From Eledone cirrhosa (taxonomy: Eukaryota), in the NCBI GenBank assembly GCA_964016885.1, contig OZ024743.1:236654001-236718000 (forward strand): a stretch of DNA of 64,000 nt, given 5' to 3'. Positions 31,401 through 46,700 of this stretch are shown here, piece by piece. A program made the translations under genes and the position numbers. Positions within the stretch are counted from its first letter, which is position 1. Each line of letters begins with the position of its first letter. Under the pieces are notes generated by a model, which saw nothing but the letters and a program-made list of their open reading frames with translations, searched no databases and was not told where the DNA came from.

Positions 31401-34400
31401 ATATTCCTTCAGTCACTCTCCTATACTACAGGTTGTATGTTCCTTCAGTCAATCTCCTATACTACGGGTTGTATGTTCCTTCAGTCAATCTCCTATACTA
31501 CAGGTTGTATGTTCCTTCAGTCAATCTCCTATACTACAGGTTGTATATTCCTTCAGTCAATCTCCTATACTACAGGTGGTATGTTCCTTCAGTCAATCTC
31601 CTATACTACAAGTTGTATATTCCTTCAGTCAATCTCCTATACTACAGGTTGTATATTCCTTCAGTCACTCTCCTATACTACAGGTTGTATGTTCCTTCAG
31701 TCAATCTCCTATACTACAGGTTGTATGTTCCTTCAGTCAATCTCCTATACTACTGGTTGTATATTCCTTCAGTCAATCTCCTATACTACAGGTTGTATAT
31801 TCCTTCAGTCAATCTCCTATACTACAGGTTGTATGTTCCTTCAGTCAATCTCCTATACTACAAGTTGTATATTCCTTCAGTCAATCTCCTATAGTACAGG
31901 TTGTATGTTCCTTCAGTCAATCTCCTATACTACGGGTTGTATGTTCCTTCAGTCAATCTCCTATACTACAGGTTGTATGTTCCTTCAGTCAATCTCCTAT
32001 ACTACGGGTTGTATGTTCCTTCAGTCAATCTCCTATACTACAGGTTGTATGTTCCTTCAGTCAATCTCCTATACTACAGGTTGTATGTTCCTTCAGTCAA
32101 TCTCCTATACTACTGGTTGTATATTCCTTCAGTCAATCTCCTATACTACTGGTTGTATATTCCTTCAGTCAATCTCCTACACTACAGGTTGTATGTTCCT
32201 TCAGTCAATCTCCTATACTACTGGTTGTATATTCCTTCAGTCAATCTCCTATACTACAGGTTGTATGTTCCTTCAGTCAATCTCCTATACTACAGGTTGT
32301 ATGTTCCTTCAGTCAATCTGCTATACTACTGGTTGTATATTCCTTCAGTCAATCTCCTATACTACTGGTTGTATATTCCTTCAGTTAATCTCCTATACTA
32401 CTGGTTGTATATTCCTTCAGTCAATCTCCTATACTACAGGTTGTTTATTCCTTCAGTCAATCTCCTATACTACAGGTTGTATGTTCCTTCAGTCAATCTC
32501 CTATACTACTGGTTGTATGTTCCTTCAGTCAATCTCCTATACTACGGGTTGTATGTACCTTCAGTCAATCTCCTATACTACAGGTTGTATGTTCCTTCAG
32601 TCAATCTCCTATACTACAGGTTGTATATTCCTTCAGTCAATCTCCTATACTACAGGTTGTATATTCCTTCAGTCAATCTCCTATACTACAGGTTGTATGT
32701 TCCTTCAGTCAATCTCCTATACTACGGGTTGTATGTTCCTTCAGTCAATCTCCTATACTACAGGTTGTATGTTCCTTCAGTCAATCTCCTATACTACGGG
32801 TTGTATGTTCCTTCAGTCAATCTCCTATACTACAGGTTGTATGTTCCTTCAGTCAATCTCCTATACTACAGGTTGTATGTTCCTTCAGTCAATCTCCTAT
32901 ACTACTGGTTGTATATTCCTTCAGTCAATCTCCTATACTACTGGTTGTATATTCCTTCAGTCAATCTCCTACACTACAGGTTGTATGTTCCTTCAGTCAA
33001 TCTCCTATACTACTGGTTGTATATTCCTTCAGTCAATCTCCTATACTACTGGTTGTATGTTCCTTCAGTCAATCTCCTATACTACTGGTTGTATATTCCT
33101 TCAGTCGATCTCCTATACTACAAGTTGTATATTCCTTCAGTCAATCTCCTACACTACAGGTTGTATATTCCTTCAGTCAATCTCCTATACTACAGGTTGT
33201 ATGTTCCTTCAGTCAATCTCCTATACTACAGGTTGTATGTTCCTTCAGTCAATCTCCTATACTACTGATTGTATATTCCTTCAGTCAATCTCCTATACTA
33301 CAGGTTGTATATTCCTTCAGTCAATCTCCTATACTACAGGTTGTATATTCCTTCAGTCAATCTCCTATACTACAGGTTGTATGTTCCTTCAGTCAATCTC
33401 CTATACTACGGGTTGTATGTTCCTTCAGTCAATCTCCTATACTACAGGTTTTATGTCCCTTCAGTCAATCCCCTATACTACAGGTTGTATATTCCTTCAG
33501 TCAATCTCCTATACTACTGGTTGTATATTCCTTCAGTCAATCTCCTATACTACTGGTTGTATGTTCCTTCAGTCAATCCCCTATACTACAGGTTGTATAT
33601 TCCTTCTGTCAATCTCCTATACTACTGGTTGTATATTCCTTCAGTCAATCTCCTATACTACTGGTTGTATGTTCCTTCAGTCAATCTCCTATACTACTGG
33701 TTGTATGTTCCTTCAGTCAATCTCCTATACTACGGGTTGTATGTTCCTTCAGTCAATCTCCTATACTACAGGTTGTATGTTCCTTCAGTCAATCTCCTAT
33801 ACTACGGGTTGTATGTTCCTTCATTCAATCTCCTATACTACGGGTTGTATGTTCCTTCAGTCAATCTCCTATACTACGGGTTGTATGTTCCTTCAGTCAA
33901 TCTCCTATACTACATGTTGTATGTTCCTTCAGTCAATCTCCTATACTATTGGTTGTATGTTCCTTCAAATATTAATCTCCTATACTACTGGTTGTATATT
34001 CCTTCAGTCAATCTCCTATACTACAGGTTGTATATTTCTTCAGTCAATCTCCTATACTACTGGTTGTATGTTCCATCAGTTAATCTCCTATACTATTGGT
34101 TGTATATTACTTCTGTCAATCTCCTATACTACAGGTTGTATATTTCTTCAGTCAATCTCCTATACTATTGGTTGTATGTTCCTTCAGTTAATCTCCTATA
34201 CTACTGGTTGTATATTCCTTCAGTCAATCTCCTATACTACAGGTTGTATATTCCTTCAGTCAATCTCCTATACCACAGGTTGTATGTTCCTTCAGTCAAT
34301 CTCCTATACTACTGGTTGTATGTTCCTTCAGTCAATCTCCTATACTACGGGTTGTATGTACCTTCAGTCAATCTCCTATACTACGGGTTGTATGTTCCTT

Positions 34401-37054
34401 CAGTCAATCTCCTATACTACGGGTTGTATGTTCCTTCAGTCAATCTCCTATACTACTGGTTGTATATTCCTTCAGTCAATCTCCTATACTACAGGTTGCA
34501 TATTCCTTCAGTCAATCTCCTATACTACGGGTTGTATGTTCCTTCAGTCAATCTCCTACACAACGGGGTTGTATGTTCCTTCAGTCAATCTCCTATACTA
34601 CAGGTTGTATATTCCTTCAGTCACTCTCCTATACTACAGGTTGTATGTTCCTTCAGTCAATCTCCTATACTACGGGTTGTATGTTCCTTCAGTCAATCTC
34701 CTATACTACAGGTTGTATGTTCCTTCAGTCAATCTCCTATACTACAGGTTGTATATTCCTTCAGTCAATCTCCTATACTACAGGTGGTATGTTCCTTCAG
34801 TCAATCTCCTATACTACAAGTTGTATATTCCTTCAGTCAATCTCCTATACTACAGGTTGTATATTCCTTCAGTCACTCTCCTATACTACAGGTTGTATGT
34901 TCCTTCAGTCAATCTCCTATACTACAGGTTGTATGTTCCTTCAGTCAATCTCCTATACTACTGGTTGTATATTCCTTCAGTCAATCTCCTATACTACAGT
35001 TTGTATATTCCTTCAGTCAATCTCCTATACTACAGGTTGTATGTTCCTTCAGTCAATCTCCTATACTACAAGTTGTATATTCCTTCAGTCAATCTCCTAT
35101 AGTACAGGTTGTATGTTCCTTCAGTCAATCTCCTATACTACGGGTTGTATGTTCCTTCAGTCAATCTCCTATACTACAGGTTGTATGTTCCTTCAGTCAA
35201 TCTCCTATACTACGGGTTGTATGTTCCTTCAGTCAATCTCCTATACTACAGGTTGTATGTTCCTTCAGTCAATCTCCTATACTACAGGTTGTATGTTCCT
35301 TCAGTCAATCTCCTATACTACTGGTTGTATATTCCTTCAGTCAATCTCCTATACTACTGGTTGTATATTCCTTCAGTCAATCTCCTACACTACAGGTTGT
35401 ATGTTCCTTCAGTCAATCTCCTATACTACTGGTTGTATATTCCTTCAGTCAATCTCCTATACTACTGGTTGTATGTTCCTTCAGTCAATCTCCTATACTA
35501 CTGGTTGTATATTCCTTCAGTCGATCTCCTATACTACAAGTTGTATATTCCTTCATTCAATCTCCTACACTACAGGTTGTATATTCCTTCAGTCAATCTC
35601 CTATACTACAGGTTGTATGTTCCTTCAGTCAATCTCCTATACTACAGGTTGTATGTTCCTTCAGTCAATCTCCTATACTACTGGTTGTATATTCCTTCAG
35701 TCAATCTCCTATACTACAGGTTGTATATTCCTTCAGTCAATCTCCTATACTACAGGTTGTATATTCCTTCAGTCAATCTCCTATACTACAGGTTGTATGT
35801 TCCTTCAGTCAATCTCCTATACTACGGGTTGTATGTTCCTTCAGTCAATCTCCTATACTACAGGTTTTATGTCCCTTCAGTCAATCCCCTATACTACAGG
35901 TTGTATATTCCTTCAGTCAATCTCCTATACTACTGGTTGTATATTCCTTCAGTCAATCTCCTATACTACTGGTTGTATGTTCCTTCAGTCAATCCCCTAT
36001 ACTACAGGTTGTATATTCCTTCAGTCAATCTCCTATACTACTGGTTGTATATTCCTTCAGTCAATCTCCTATACTACTGGTTGTATGTTCCTTCAGTCAA
36101 TCTCCTATACTACTGGTTGTATGTTCCTTCAGTCAATCTCCTATACTACGGGTTGTATGTTCCTTCAGTCAATCTCCTATACTACAGGTTGTATGTTCCT
36201 TCAGTCAATCTCCTATACTACGGGTTGTATGTTCCTTCATTCAATCTCCTATACTACGGGTTGTATGTTCCTTCAGTCAATCTCCTATACTACGGGTTGT
36301 ATGTTCCTTCAGTCAATCTCCTATACTACATGTTGTATGTTCCTTCAGTCAATCTCCTATACTATTGGTTGTATGTTCCTTCAAATATTAATCTCCTATA
36401 CTACTGGTTGTATATTCCTTCAGTCAATCTCCTATACTACAGGTTGTATATTTCTTCAGTCAATCTCCTATACTACTGGTTGTATGTTCCATCAGTTAAT
36501 CTCCTATACTATTGGTTGTATATTACTTCTGTCAATCTCCTATACTACAGGTTGTATATTTCTTCAGTCAATCTCCTATACTATTGGTTGTATGTTCCTT
36601 CAGTTAATCTCCTATACTACTGGTTGTATATTCCTTCAGTCAATCTCCTATACTACAGGTTGTATATTCCTTCAGTCAATCTCCTATACTACAGGTTGTA
36701 TGTTCCTTCAGTCAATCTCCTATACTACTGGTTGTATGTTCCTTCAGTCAATCTCCTATACTACGGGTTGGATGTACCTTCAGTCAATCTCCTATACTAC
36801 GGGTTGTATGTTCCTTCAGTCAATCTCCTATACTACGGGTTGTATGTTCCTTCAGTCAATCTCCTATACTACTGGTTGTATATTCCTTCAGTCAATCTCC
36901 TATACTACAGGTTGCATATTCCTTCAGTCAATCTCCTATACTACGGGTTGTATGTTCCTTCAGTCAATCTCCTACACAACGGGGTTGTATGTTCCTTCAG
37001 TCAATCTCCTATACTACAGGTTGTATATTCCTTCAGTCAATCTCCTATACAACA

Positions 37055-40000
37055 GGTTGTATGTTCCTTCAGTCAATCTCCTATACTACAGGTTGTATAT
37101 TCCTTCAGTCACTCTCCTATACTACAGGTTGTATGTTCCTTCAGTCAATCTCCTATACTACGGGTTGTATGTTCCTTCAGTCAATCTCCTATACTACAGG
37201 TTGTATGTTCCTTCAGTCAATCTCCTATACTACAGGTTGTATATTCCTTCAGTCAATCTCCTATACTACAGGTTGTATGTTCCTTCAGTCAATCTCCTAT
37301 ACTACAAGTTGTATATTCCTTCAGTCAATCTCCTATACTACAGGTTGTATATTCCTTCAGTCACTCTCCTATACTACAGGTTGTATGTTCCTTCAGTCAA
37401 TCTCCTATACTACAGGTTGTATGTTCCTTCAGTCAATCTCCTATACTACGGGTTGTATGTTCCTTCACTCAATCTCCTATACTACAGGTTGTATGTTCCT
37501 TCAGTCAATCTCCTATACTACAGGTTGTATGTTCCTTCAGTCAATCTCCTATACTACTGGTTGTATATTCCTTCAGTCAATCTCCTATACTACAGGTTGT
37601 ATATTCCTTCAGTCAATCTCCTATACTACAGGTTGTATGTTCCTTCAGTCAATCTCCTATACTACAGGTTGTATGTTCCTTCAGTCAATCTCCTATACTA
37701 CGGGTTGTATGTTCCTTCAGTCAATCTCCTCTACTACAGGTTGTATGTTCCTTCAGTCTATCTCCTATACTACGGGTTGTATGTTCCTTCAGTCAATCTC
37801 CTATACTACTGGTTGTATATTCCTTCAGTCGATCTCCTATACTACAGGTTGTATATTCCTTCAGTCAATCTCCTATACTACAGGTTGTATATTCCTTCAG
37901 TCAATCTCCTATACTACAGGTTGTATGTTCCTTCAGTCAATCTCCTATACTACAGGTTGTATGTTCCTTCAGTCAATCTCCTATACTACTGGTTGTATAT
38001 TCCTTCAGTCAATCTCCTATACTACAGGTTGTATATTCCTTCAGTCAATCTCCTATACTACAGGTTGTATGTTCCTTCAGTCAATCTCCTATACTACAGG
38101 TTGTATATTCCTTCAGTCAATCTCCTATACTACAGGTTGTATGTTCCTTCAGTCAATCTCCTATACTACGGGTTGTATGTTCCTTCAGACAATCTCCTAT
38201 ACTACAGGTTGTATGTTCCTTCAGTCAATCTCCTATACTACAGGTTGTATATTCCTTCAGTCAATCTCCTATACTACTGGTTGTATATTCCTTCAGTCAA
38301 TCTCCTATACTACTGGTTGTATGTTCCTTCAGTCAATCCCCTATACTACAGGTTGTATATTCCTTCAGTCAATCTCCTATACTACTGGTTGCATATTCCT
38401 TCAGTCAATCTCCTATACTACTGGTTGTATGTTCCTTCAGTCAATCTCCTATACTACTGGTTTATGTTCCTTCAGTCAATCTCCTATACTACGGGTTGTA
38501 TGTTCCTTCAGTCAATCTCCTATACTACAGGTTGTATGTTCCTTCAGTCAATCTCCTATACTACGGGTTGTATGTTCCTTCAGTCAATCTCCTATACTAC
38601 GGGTTGTATGTTCCTTCAGTCAATGTCCTATACTACGGGTTGTATGTTCCTTCAGTCAATCTCCTATACTACATGTTGTATGTTCGTTCAGTCAATCTCC
38701 TATACTATTGGTTGTATGTTCCTTCAGTTAATCTCCTATACTACTGGTTGTATATTCCTTCAGTCAATCTCCTATACTACAGGTTGTATATTTCTTCAGT
38801 CAATCTCCTATACTACGGGTTGTATGTTCCTTCAGTCAATCTCCTACACTACGGGGTTGTATGTTCCTTCAGTCAATCTCCTATACTACAGGTTGTATAT
38901 TCCTTCAGTCAATCTCCTATACAACAGGTTGTATGTTCCTTCAGTCAATCTCCTATACTACAGGTTGTATATTCCTTCAGTCACTCTCCTATACTACTGG
39001 TTGTATGTTCCTTCAGGCAATCTCCTATACTACGGGTTGTATGTTCCTTCAGTCAATCTCCTATACTACAGGCTGCATGTTCCTTCAGTCAATCTCCTAT
39101 ACTACAGGTTGCATATTCCTTCAGTCAATCTCCTATACTACAGGTTGCATATTCCTTCAGTCAATCTCCTATACTACAGGTTGTATGTTCCTTCAGTCAA
39201 TCTCCTATACTACAGGTTGTATGTTCCTTCAGTCAATCTCCTATACTACAGGTTGTATATTCCTTCAGTCACTCTCCTATACTACAGGTTGTATGTTCCT
39301 TCAGTCAATCTCCTATACTACGGGTTGTATGTTCCTTCAGTCAATCTCCTATACTACAGGTTGTATGTTCCTTCAGTCAATCTCCTATACTACAGGTTGT
39401 ATATTCCTTCAGTCAATCTCCTATACTACAGGTTGTATGTTCCTTCAGTCAATCTCCTATACTACAAGTTGTATATTCCTTCAGTCAATCTCCTATACTA
39501 CAGGTTGTATATTCCTTCAGTCACTCTCCTATACTACAGGTTGTATGTTCCTTCAGTCAATCTCCTATACTACAGGTTGTATGTTCCTTCAGTCAATCTC
39601 CTATACTACGGGTTGTATGTTCCTTCACTCAATCTCCTATACTACAGGTTGTATGTTCCTTCAGTCAATCTCCTATACTACAGGTTGTATGTTCCTTCAG
39701 TCAATCTCCTATACTACTGGTTGTATATTCCTTCAGTCAATCTCCTATACTACAGGTTGTATATTCCTTCAGTCAATCTCCTATACTACAGGTTGTATGT
39801 TCCTTCAGTCAATCTCCTATACTACAGGTTGTATGTTCCTTCAGTCAATCTCCTATACTACGGGTTGTATGTTCCTTCAGTCAATCTCCTCTACTACAGG
39901 TTGTATGTTCCTTCAGTCTATCTCCTATACTACGGGTTGTATGTTCCTTCAGTCAATCTCCTATACTACTGGTTGTATATTCCTTCAGTCGATCTCCTAT

Positions 40001-41418
40001 ACTACAGGTTGTATATTCCTTCAGTCAATCTCCTATACTACAGGTTGTATATTCCTTCAGTCAATCTCCTATACTACAGGTTGTATGTTCCTTCAGTCAA
40101 TCTCCTATACTACAGGTTGTATGTTCCTTCAGTCAATCTCCTATACTACTGGTTGTATATTCCTTCAGTCAATCTCCTATACTACAGGTTGTATATTCCT
40201 TCAGTCAATCTCCTATACTACAGGTTGTATGTTCCTTCAGTCAATCTCCTATACTACAGGTTGTATATTCCTTCAGTCAATCTCCTATACTACAGGTTGT
40301 ATGTTCCTTCAGTCAATCTCCTATACTACGGGTTGTATGTTCCTTCAGACAATCTCCTATACTACAGGTTGTATGTTCCTTCAGTCAATCTCCTATACTA
40401 CAGGTTGTATATTCCTTCAGTCAATCTCCTATACTACTGGTTGTATATTCCTTCAGTCAATCTCCTATACTACTGGTTGTATGTTCCTTCAGTCAATCCC
40501 CTATACTACAGGTTGTATATTCCTTCAGTCAATCTCCTATACTACTGGTTGTATATTCCTTCAGTCAATCTCCTATACTACTGGTTGTATGTTCCTTCAG
40601 TCAATCTCCTATACTACTGGTTTATGTTCCTTCAGTCAATCTCCTATACTACGGGTTGTATGTTCCTTCAGTCAATCTCCTATACTACAGGTTGTATGTT
40701 CCTTCAGTCAATCTCCTATACTACGGGTTGTATGTTCCTTCAGTCAATCTCCTATACTACGGGTTGTATGTTCCTTCAGTCAATGTCCTATACTACGGGT
40801 TGTATGTTCCTTCAGTCAATCTCCTATACTACATGTTGTATGTTCGTTCAGTCAATCTCCTATACTATTGGTTGTATGTTCCTTCAGTTAATCTCCTATA
40901 CTACTGGTTGTATATTCCTTCAGTCAATCTCCTATACTACAGGTTGTATATTTCTTCAGTCAATCTCCTATACTACGGGTTGTATGTTCCTTCAGTCAAT
41001 CTCCTACACTACGGGGTTGTATGTTCCTTCAGTCAATCTCCTATACTACAGGTTGTATATTCCTTCAGTCAATCTCCTATACAACAGGTTGTATGTTCCT
41101 TCAGTCAATCTCCTATACTACAGGTTGTATATTCCTTCAGTCACTCTCCTATACTACTGGTTGTATGTTCCTTCAGGCAATCTCCTATACTACGGGTTGT
41201 ATGTTCCTTCAGTCAATCTCCTATACTACAGGCTGCATGTTCCTTCAGTCAATCTCCTATACTACAGGTTGCATATTCCTTCAGTCAATCTCCTATACTA
41301 CAGGTTGCATATTCCTTCAGTCAATCTCCTATACTACAGGTTGTATGTTCCTTCAGTCAATCTCCTATACTACAGGTTGTATGTTCCTTCAGTCAATCTC
41401 CTATACTACAGGTTGTAT
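37055..41418. repeat. Near-exact 2160-bp (60-monomer) tandem duplication within the satellite
   Basis: Lines match at +2160 (37081/39241, 38161/40321, 38641/40801, 39061/41221). One difference seen (GCATATT at 38391 vs GTATATT at 40551). Confidence 0.92.
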
Positions 41419-41539
41419 GTTCCTTCAGTCAATCTCCTATACTACGGGTTGTATGTTCCTTCAGTCAATCTCCTATACTACAGATTGTATGTTCCTTCAC
41501 TCAATCTCCTATACTACAGGTTGTATGTTCCTTCAGTCA

Positions 41540-43770
41540 ATCTCCTATACTACGGGTTGTATGTTCCTTCAGTCAATCTCCTATACTACTGGTTGTATAT
41601 TCCTTCAGTCAATCTCCTATACTACTGGTTGTATGTTCCTTCAGTCAATCTCCTATACTACTGGTTGTATATTCCTTCAGTCAATCTCCTATACTACAGG
41701 TTGTATATTCCTTCGGTCAATCTCCTATACTACAGGTTGTATATTCCTTCAGTCAATCTCCTATACTACAGGTTGTATGTTCCTTCAGTAAATCTCCTAT
41801 ACTACGGGTTGTATGTTCCTTCAGTCAATCTCCTATACTACTGGTTGTATATTCCTTCAGTCAATCTCCTATACTACAGGTTGTATATTCGTTCAGTCAA
41901 TCTCCTATACTACTGGTTGTATATTCCTTCAGTCAATCTCCTATACTACAGGTTGTATGTTCCTTCAGTCAATCTCCTATACTACAGGTCGTATGTTCCA
42001 TCAGTCAATCTCCTATACTACGGGTTGCATGTTCCTTCAGTCAATCTCCTATACTACAGGTTGTATGTTCCTTCAGTCAATCTCCTATACTACGGGTTGT
42101 ATGTTCCTTCAGTCAATCTCCTATACTACAGGTTGTATGTTCCTTCAGTCAATCTCCTATACTACAGGTTGTATATTCCTTCAGTCAATCTCCTATACTA
42201 CAGGTTGTATGTTCCTTCAGTCAATTTCCTATACTACAGGTTGTATGTTCCGTCAGTCAATCTCCTATACTACAGGTTGTATGTTCCTTCAGTCAATCTC
42301 CTATACTACGGGTTGGATGTTCCTTCAGTCAATCTCCTATACTACAGGTTGTATGTTCCTTCAGTCAATCTCCTATACTACAGGTTGTATGTTCCTTCAG
42401 TCAATCTCCTATACTACTGGTTGTATATTCCTTCAGTCAATCTCCTATACTACAGGTTGTATATTCCTTCAGTCAATCTCCTATACTACAGGTTGTATGT
42501 TCCTTCAGTCAATCTCCTATACTACAGGTTGTATGTTCCTTCAGTCAATCTCCTATACTACAGGTTGTATGTTCCTTCAGTCAATCTCCTATACTACAGG
42601 TTGTATGTTACTTCAGTCTATCTCCTATACTACGGGTTGTATGTTCCTTCAGTCAATCTCCTATACTACTGGTTGTATATTCCTTCAGTCAATCTCCTAT
42701 ACTACTGGTTGTATGTTCCTTCAGTCAATCTCCTATACTACTGGTTGTATATTCCTTCAGTCAATCTCCTATACTACAGGTTGTATATTCCTTCGGTCAA
42801 TCTCCTATACTACAGGTTGTATATTCCTTCAGTCAATCTCCTATACTACAGGTTGTATGTTCCTTCAGTAAATCTCCTATACTACGGGTTGTATGTTCCT
42901 TCAGTCAATCTCCTATACTACTGGTTGTATATTCCTTCAGTCAATCTCCTATACTACAGGTTGTATATTCGTTCAGTCAATCTCCTATACTACTGGTTGT
43001 ATATTCCTTCAGTCAATCTCCTATACTACAGGTTGTATGTTCCTTCAGTCAATCTCCTATACTACAGGTCGTATGTTCCATCAGTCAATCTCCTATACTA
43101 CGGGTTGCATGTTCCTTCAGTCAATCTCCTATACTACAGGTTGTATGTTCCTTCAGTCAATCTCCTATACTACGGGTTGTATGTTCCTTCAGTCAATCTC
43201 CTATACTACAGGTTGTATGTTCCTTCAGTCAATCTCCTATACTACAGGTTGTATATTCCTTCAGTCAATCTCCTATACTACAGGTTGTATGTTCCTTCAG
43301 TCAATTTCCTATACTACAGGTTGTATGTTCCGTCAGTCAATCTCCTATACTACAGGTTGTATGTTCCTTCAGTCAATCTCCTATACTACGGGTTGGATGT
43401 TCCTTCAGTCAATCTCCTATACTACAGGTTGTATGTTCCTTCAGTCAATCTCCTATACTACAGGTTGTATGTTCCTTCAGTCAATCTCCTATACTACTGG
43501 TTGTATATTCCTTCAGTCAATCTCCTATACTACAGGTTGTATATTCCTTCAGTCAATCTCCTATACTACAGGTTGTATGTTCCTTCAGTCAATCTCCTAT
43601 ACTACAGGTTGTATGTTCCTTCAGTCAATCTCCTATACTACAGGTTGTATGTTCCTTCAGTCAATCTCCTATACTACAGGTTGTATGTTACTTCAGTCTA
43701 TCTCCTATACTACGGGTTGTATGTTCCTTCAGTCAATCTCCTATACTACTGGTTGTATATTCCTTCAGTC
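41540..43770. repeat. Near-exact 1080-bp (30-monomer) tandem duplication within the satellite
   Basis: Rare variants CTTCGGTC, CAGTAAATC, ATTCGTTC, GGTCGTATGTTCCATC, TTGGATG and GTTACTTCAGTCTA recur at +1080 (lines 41701/42781, 41941/43021, 42601/43681). Confidence 0.92.
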
Positions 43771-46700
43771 GATCTCCTATACTACAGGTTGTATATTCCT
43801 TCAGTCAATCTCCTATACTACAGGTTGTATATTCCTTCAGTCAATCTCCTATACTACAGGTTGTATGTTCCTTCAGTCAATCTCCTATACTACAGGTTGT
43901 ATGTTCCTTCAGTCAATCTCCTATACTACTGGTTGTATATTCCTTCAGTCAATCTCCTATACTACAGGTTGTATATTCCTTCAGTCAATCTCCTATACTA
44001 CAGGTTGTATGTTCCTTCAGTCAATCTCCTATACTACAGGTTGTATATTCCTTCAGTCAATCTCCTATACTACAGGTTGTATGTTCCTTCAGTCAATCTC
44101 CTATACTACGGGTTGTATGTTCCTTCAGTCAATCTCCTATACTACAGGTTGTATGTTCCTTCAGTCAATCCCCTATACTACAGGTTGTATATTCCTTCAG
44201 TCAATCTCCTATACTACTGGTTGTATATTCCTTCAGTCAATCTCCTATACTACTGGTTGTATGTTCCTTCAGTCAATCCCCTATACTACAGGTTGTATAT
44301 TCCTATAGTCAATCTCCTATACTACTGGTTGTATATTCCTTCAGTCAATCTCCTATACTACTGGTTGTATGTTCCTTCAGTCAATCTCCTATACTACTGG
44401 TTTATGTTCCTTCAGTCAATCTCCTATACTACGGGTTGTATGTTCCTTCAGTCAATCTCCTATACTACAGGTTGTATGTTCCTTCAGTCAATCTCCTATA
44501 CTACGGGTTGTATGTTCCTTCAGTCAATCTCCTATACTACGGGTTGTATGTTCCTTCAGTCAATCTCCTATACTACGGGTTGTATGTTCCTTCAGTCAAT
44601 CTCCTATACTACATGTTGTATGTTCCTTCAGTCAATCTCCTATACTATTGGTTGTATGTTCCTTCAGTTAATCTCCTATACTACTGGTTGTATATTCCTT
44701 CAGTCAATCTCCTATACTACAGGTTGTATATTTCTTCAGTCAATCTCCTATACTACTGGTTGTATGTTCCATCAGTTAATCTCCTATACTATTGGTTGTA
44801 TATTCCTTCAGTCAATCTCCTATACTACAGGTTGTATATTTCTTCAGTCAATCTCCTATACTATTGGTTGTATGTTCCTTCAGTTAATCTCCTATAATAC
44901 TGGTTGTATATTCCTTCAGTCAATCTCCTATACTACAGGTTGTATATTCCTTCAGTCAATCTCCTATACTACAGGTTGTATGTTCCTTCAGTCAATCTCC
45001 TATACTACTGGTTGTATGTTCCTTCAGTCAATCTCCTATACTACGGGTTGTATGTTCCTTCAGTCAATCTCCTATACTACGGGTTGTATGTTCCTTCACT
45101 CAATCTCCTATACTACGGGTTGTATGTTCCTTCAGTCAATCTCCTATACTACTGGTTGTATATTCCTTCAGTCAATCTCCTATACTACAGGTTGCATATT
45201 CCTTCAGTCAATCTCCTATACTACGGGTTGTATGTTCCTTCAGTCAATCTCCTACACTACGGGGTTGTATGTTCCTTCAGTCAATCTCCTATACTACAGG
45301 TTGTATATTCCTTCAGTCAATCTCCAATACAACAGGTTGTATGTTCCTTCAGTCAATCTCCTATACTACAGGTTGTATATTCCTTCAGTCACTCTCCTAT
45401 ACTACTGGTTGTATGTTCCTTCAGTCAATCTCCTATACTACGTTTGTATGTTCCTTCAGTCAATCTCCTATACTACAGGTTGCATGTTCCTTCAGTCAAT
45501 CTCCTATACTACAGGTTGCATATTCCTTCAGTCAATCTCCTATACTACAGGTTGCATATTCCTTCAGTCAATCTCCTATACTACAGGTTGTATGTTCCTT
45601 CAGTCAATCTCCTATACTACAGGTTGTATGTTCCTTCAGTCAATCTCCTATACTACAGGTTGTATGTTCCTTCAGTCAATCTCCATAACTACGGGTTGTA
45701 TGTTCCTTCAGTCAATCTCCTATACTACAGATTGTATGTTCCTTCACTAAATCTCCTATACTACAGGTTGTATGTTCCTTCAGTCAATCTCCTATACTAC
45801 GGGTTGTATGTTCCTTCAGTCAATCTCCTATACTACTGGTTGTATATTCCTTCAGTCAATCTCCTATACTACTGGTTGTATGTTCCTTCAGTCAATCTCC
45901 TATACTACTGGTTGTATATTCCTTCAGTCAATCTCCTATACTACAGGTTGTATATTCCTTCGGTCAATCTCCTATACTACAGGTTGTATATTCCTTCAGT
46001 CAATCTCCTATACTACAGGTTGTATGTTCGTTCAGTCAATCTCCTATACTACGGGTTGTATGTTCCTTCAGTCAATCTCCTATACTACTGGTTGTATATT
46101 CCTTCAGTCAATCTCCTATACTACAGGTTGTATATTCGTTCAGTCAATCTCCTATACTACTGGTTGTATATTCCTTCAGTCAATCTCCTATACTACAGGT
46201 TGTATGTTCCTTCAGTCAATCTCCTATACTACGGGTTGTATGTTCCTTCAGTCAATCTCCTATACTACAGGTTGTATGTTCCTTCAGTCAATCTCCTATA
46301 CTACAGGTTGTATATTCCTTCAGTCAATCTCCTATACTACAGGTTGTATGTTCCTTCAGTCAATTTCCTATACTACAGGTTGTATGTTCCGTCAGTCAAT
46401 CTCCTATACTACAGGTTGTATGTTCCTTCAGTCAATCTCCTATACTACGGGTTGGATGTTCCTTCAGTCAATCTCCTATACTACAGGTTGTATGTTCCTT
46501 CAGTCAATCTCCTATACTACAGGTTGTATGTTCCTTCAGTCAATCTTTTATACTACTGGTTGTATATTCCTTCAGTCAATCTCCTATACTACTGGTTGTA
46601 TATTCCTTCAGTCAATCTCCTACACTACAGGTTGCATGTTCCTTCAGTCAATCTCCTATACTACTGGTTGTATATTCCTTCAGTCAATCTCCTATACTAC

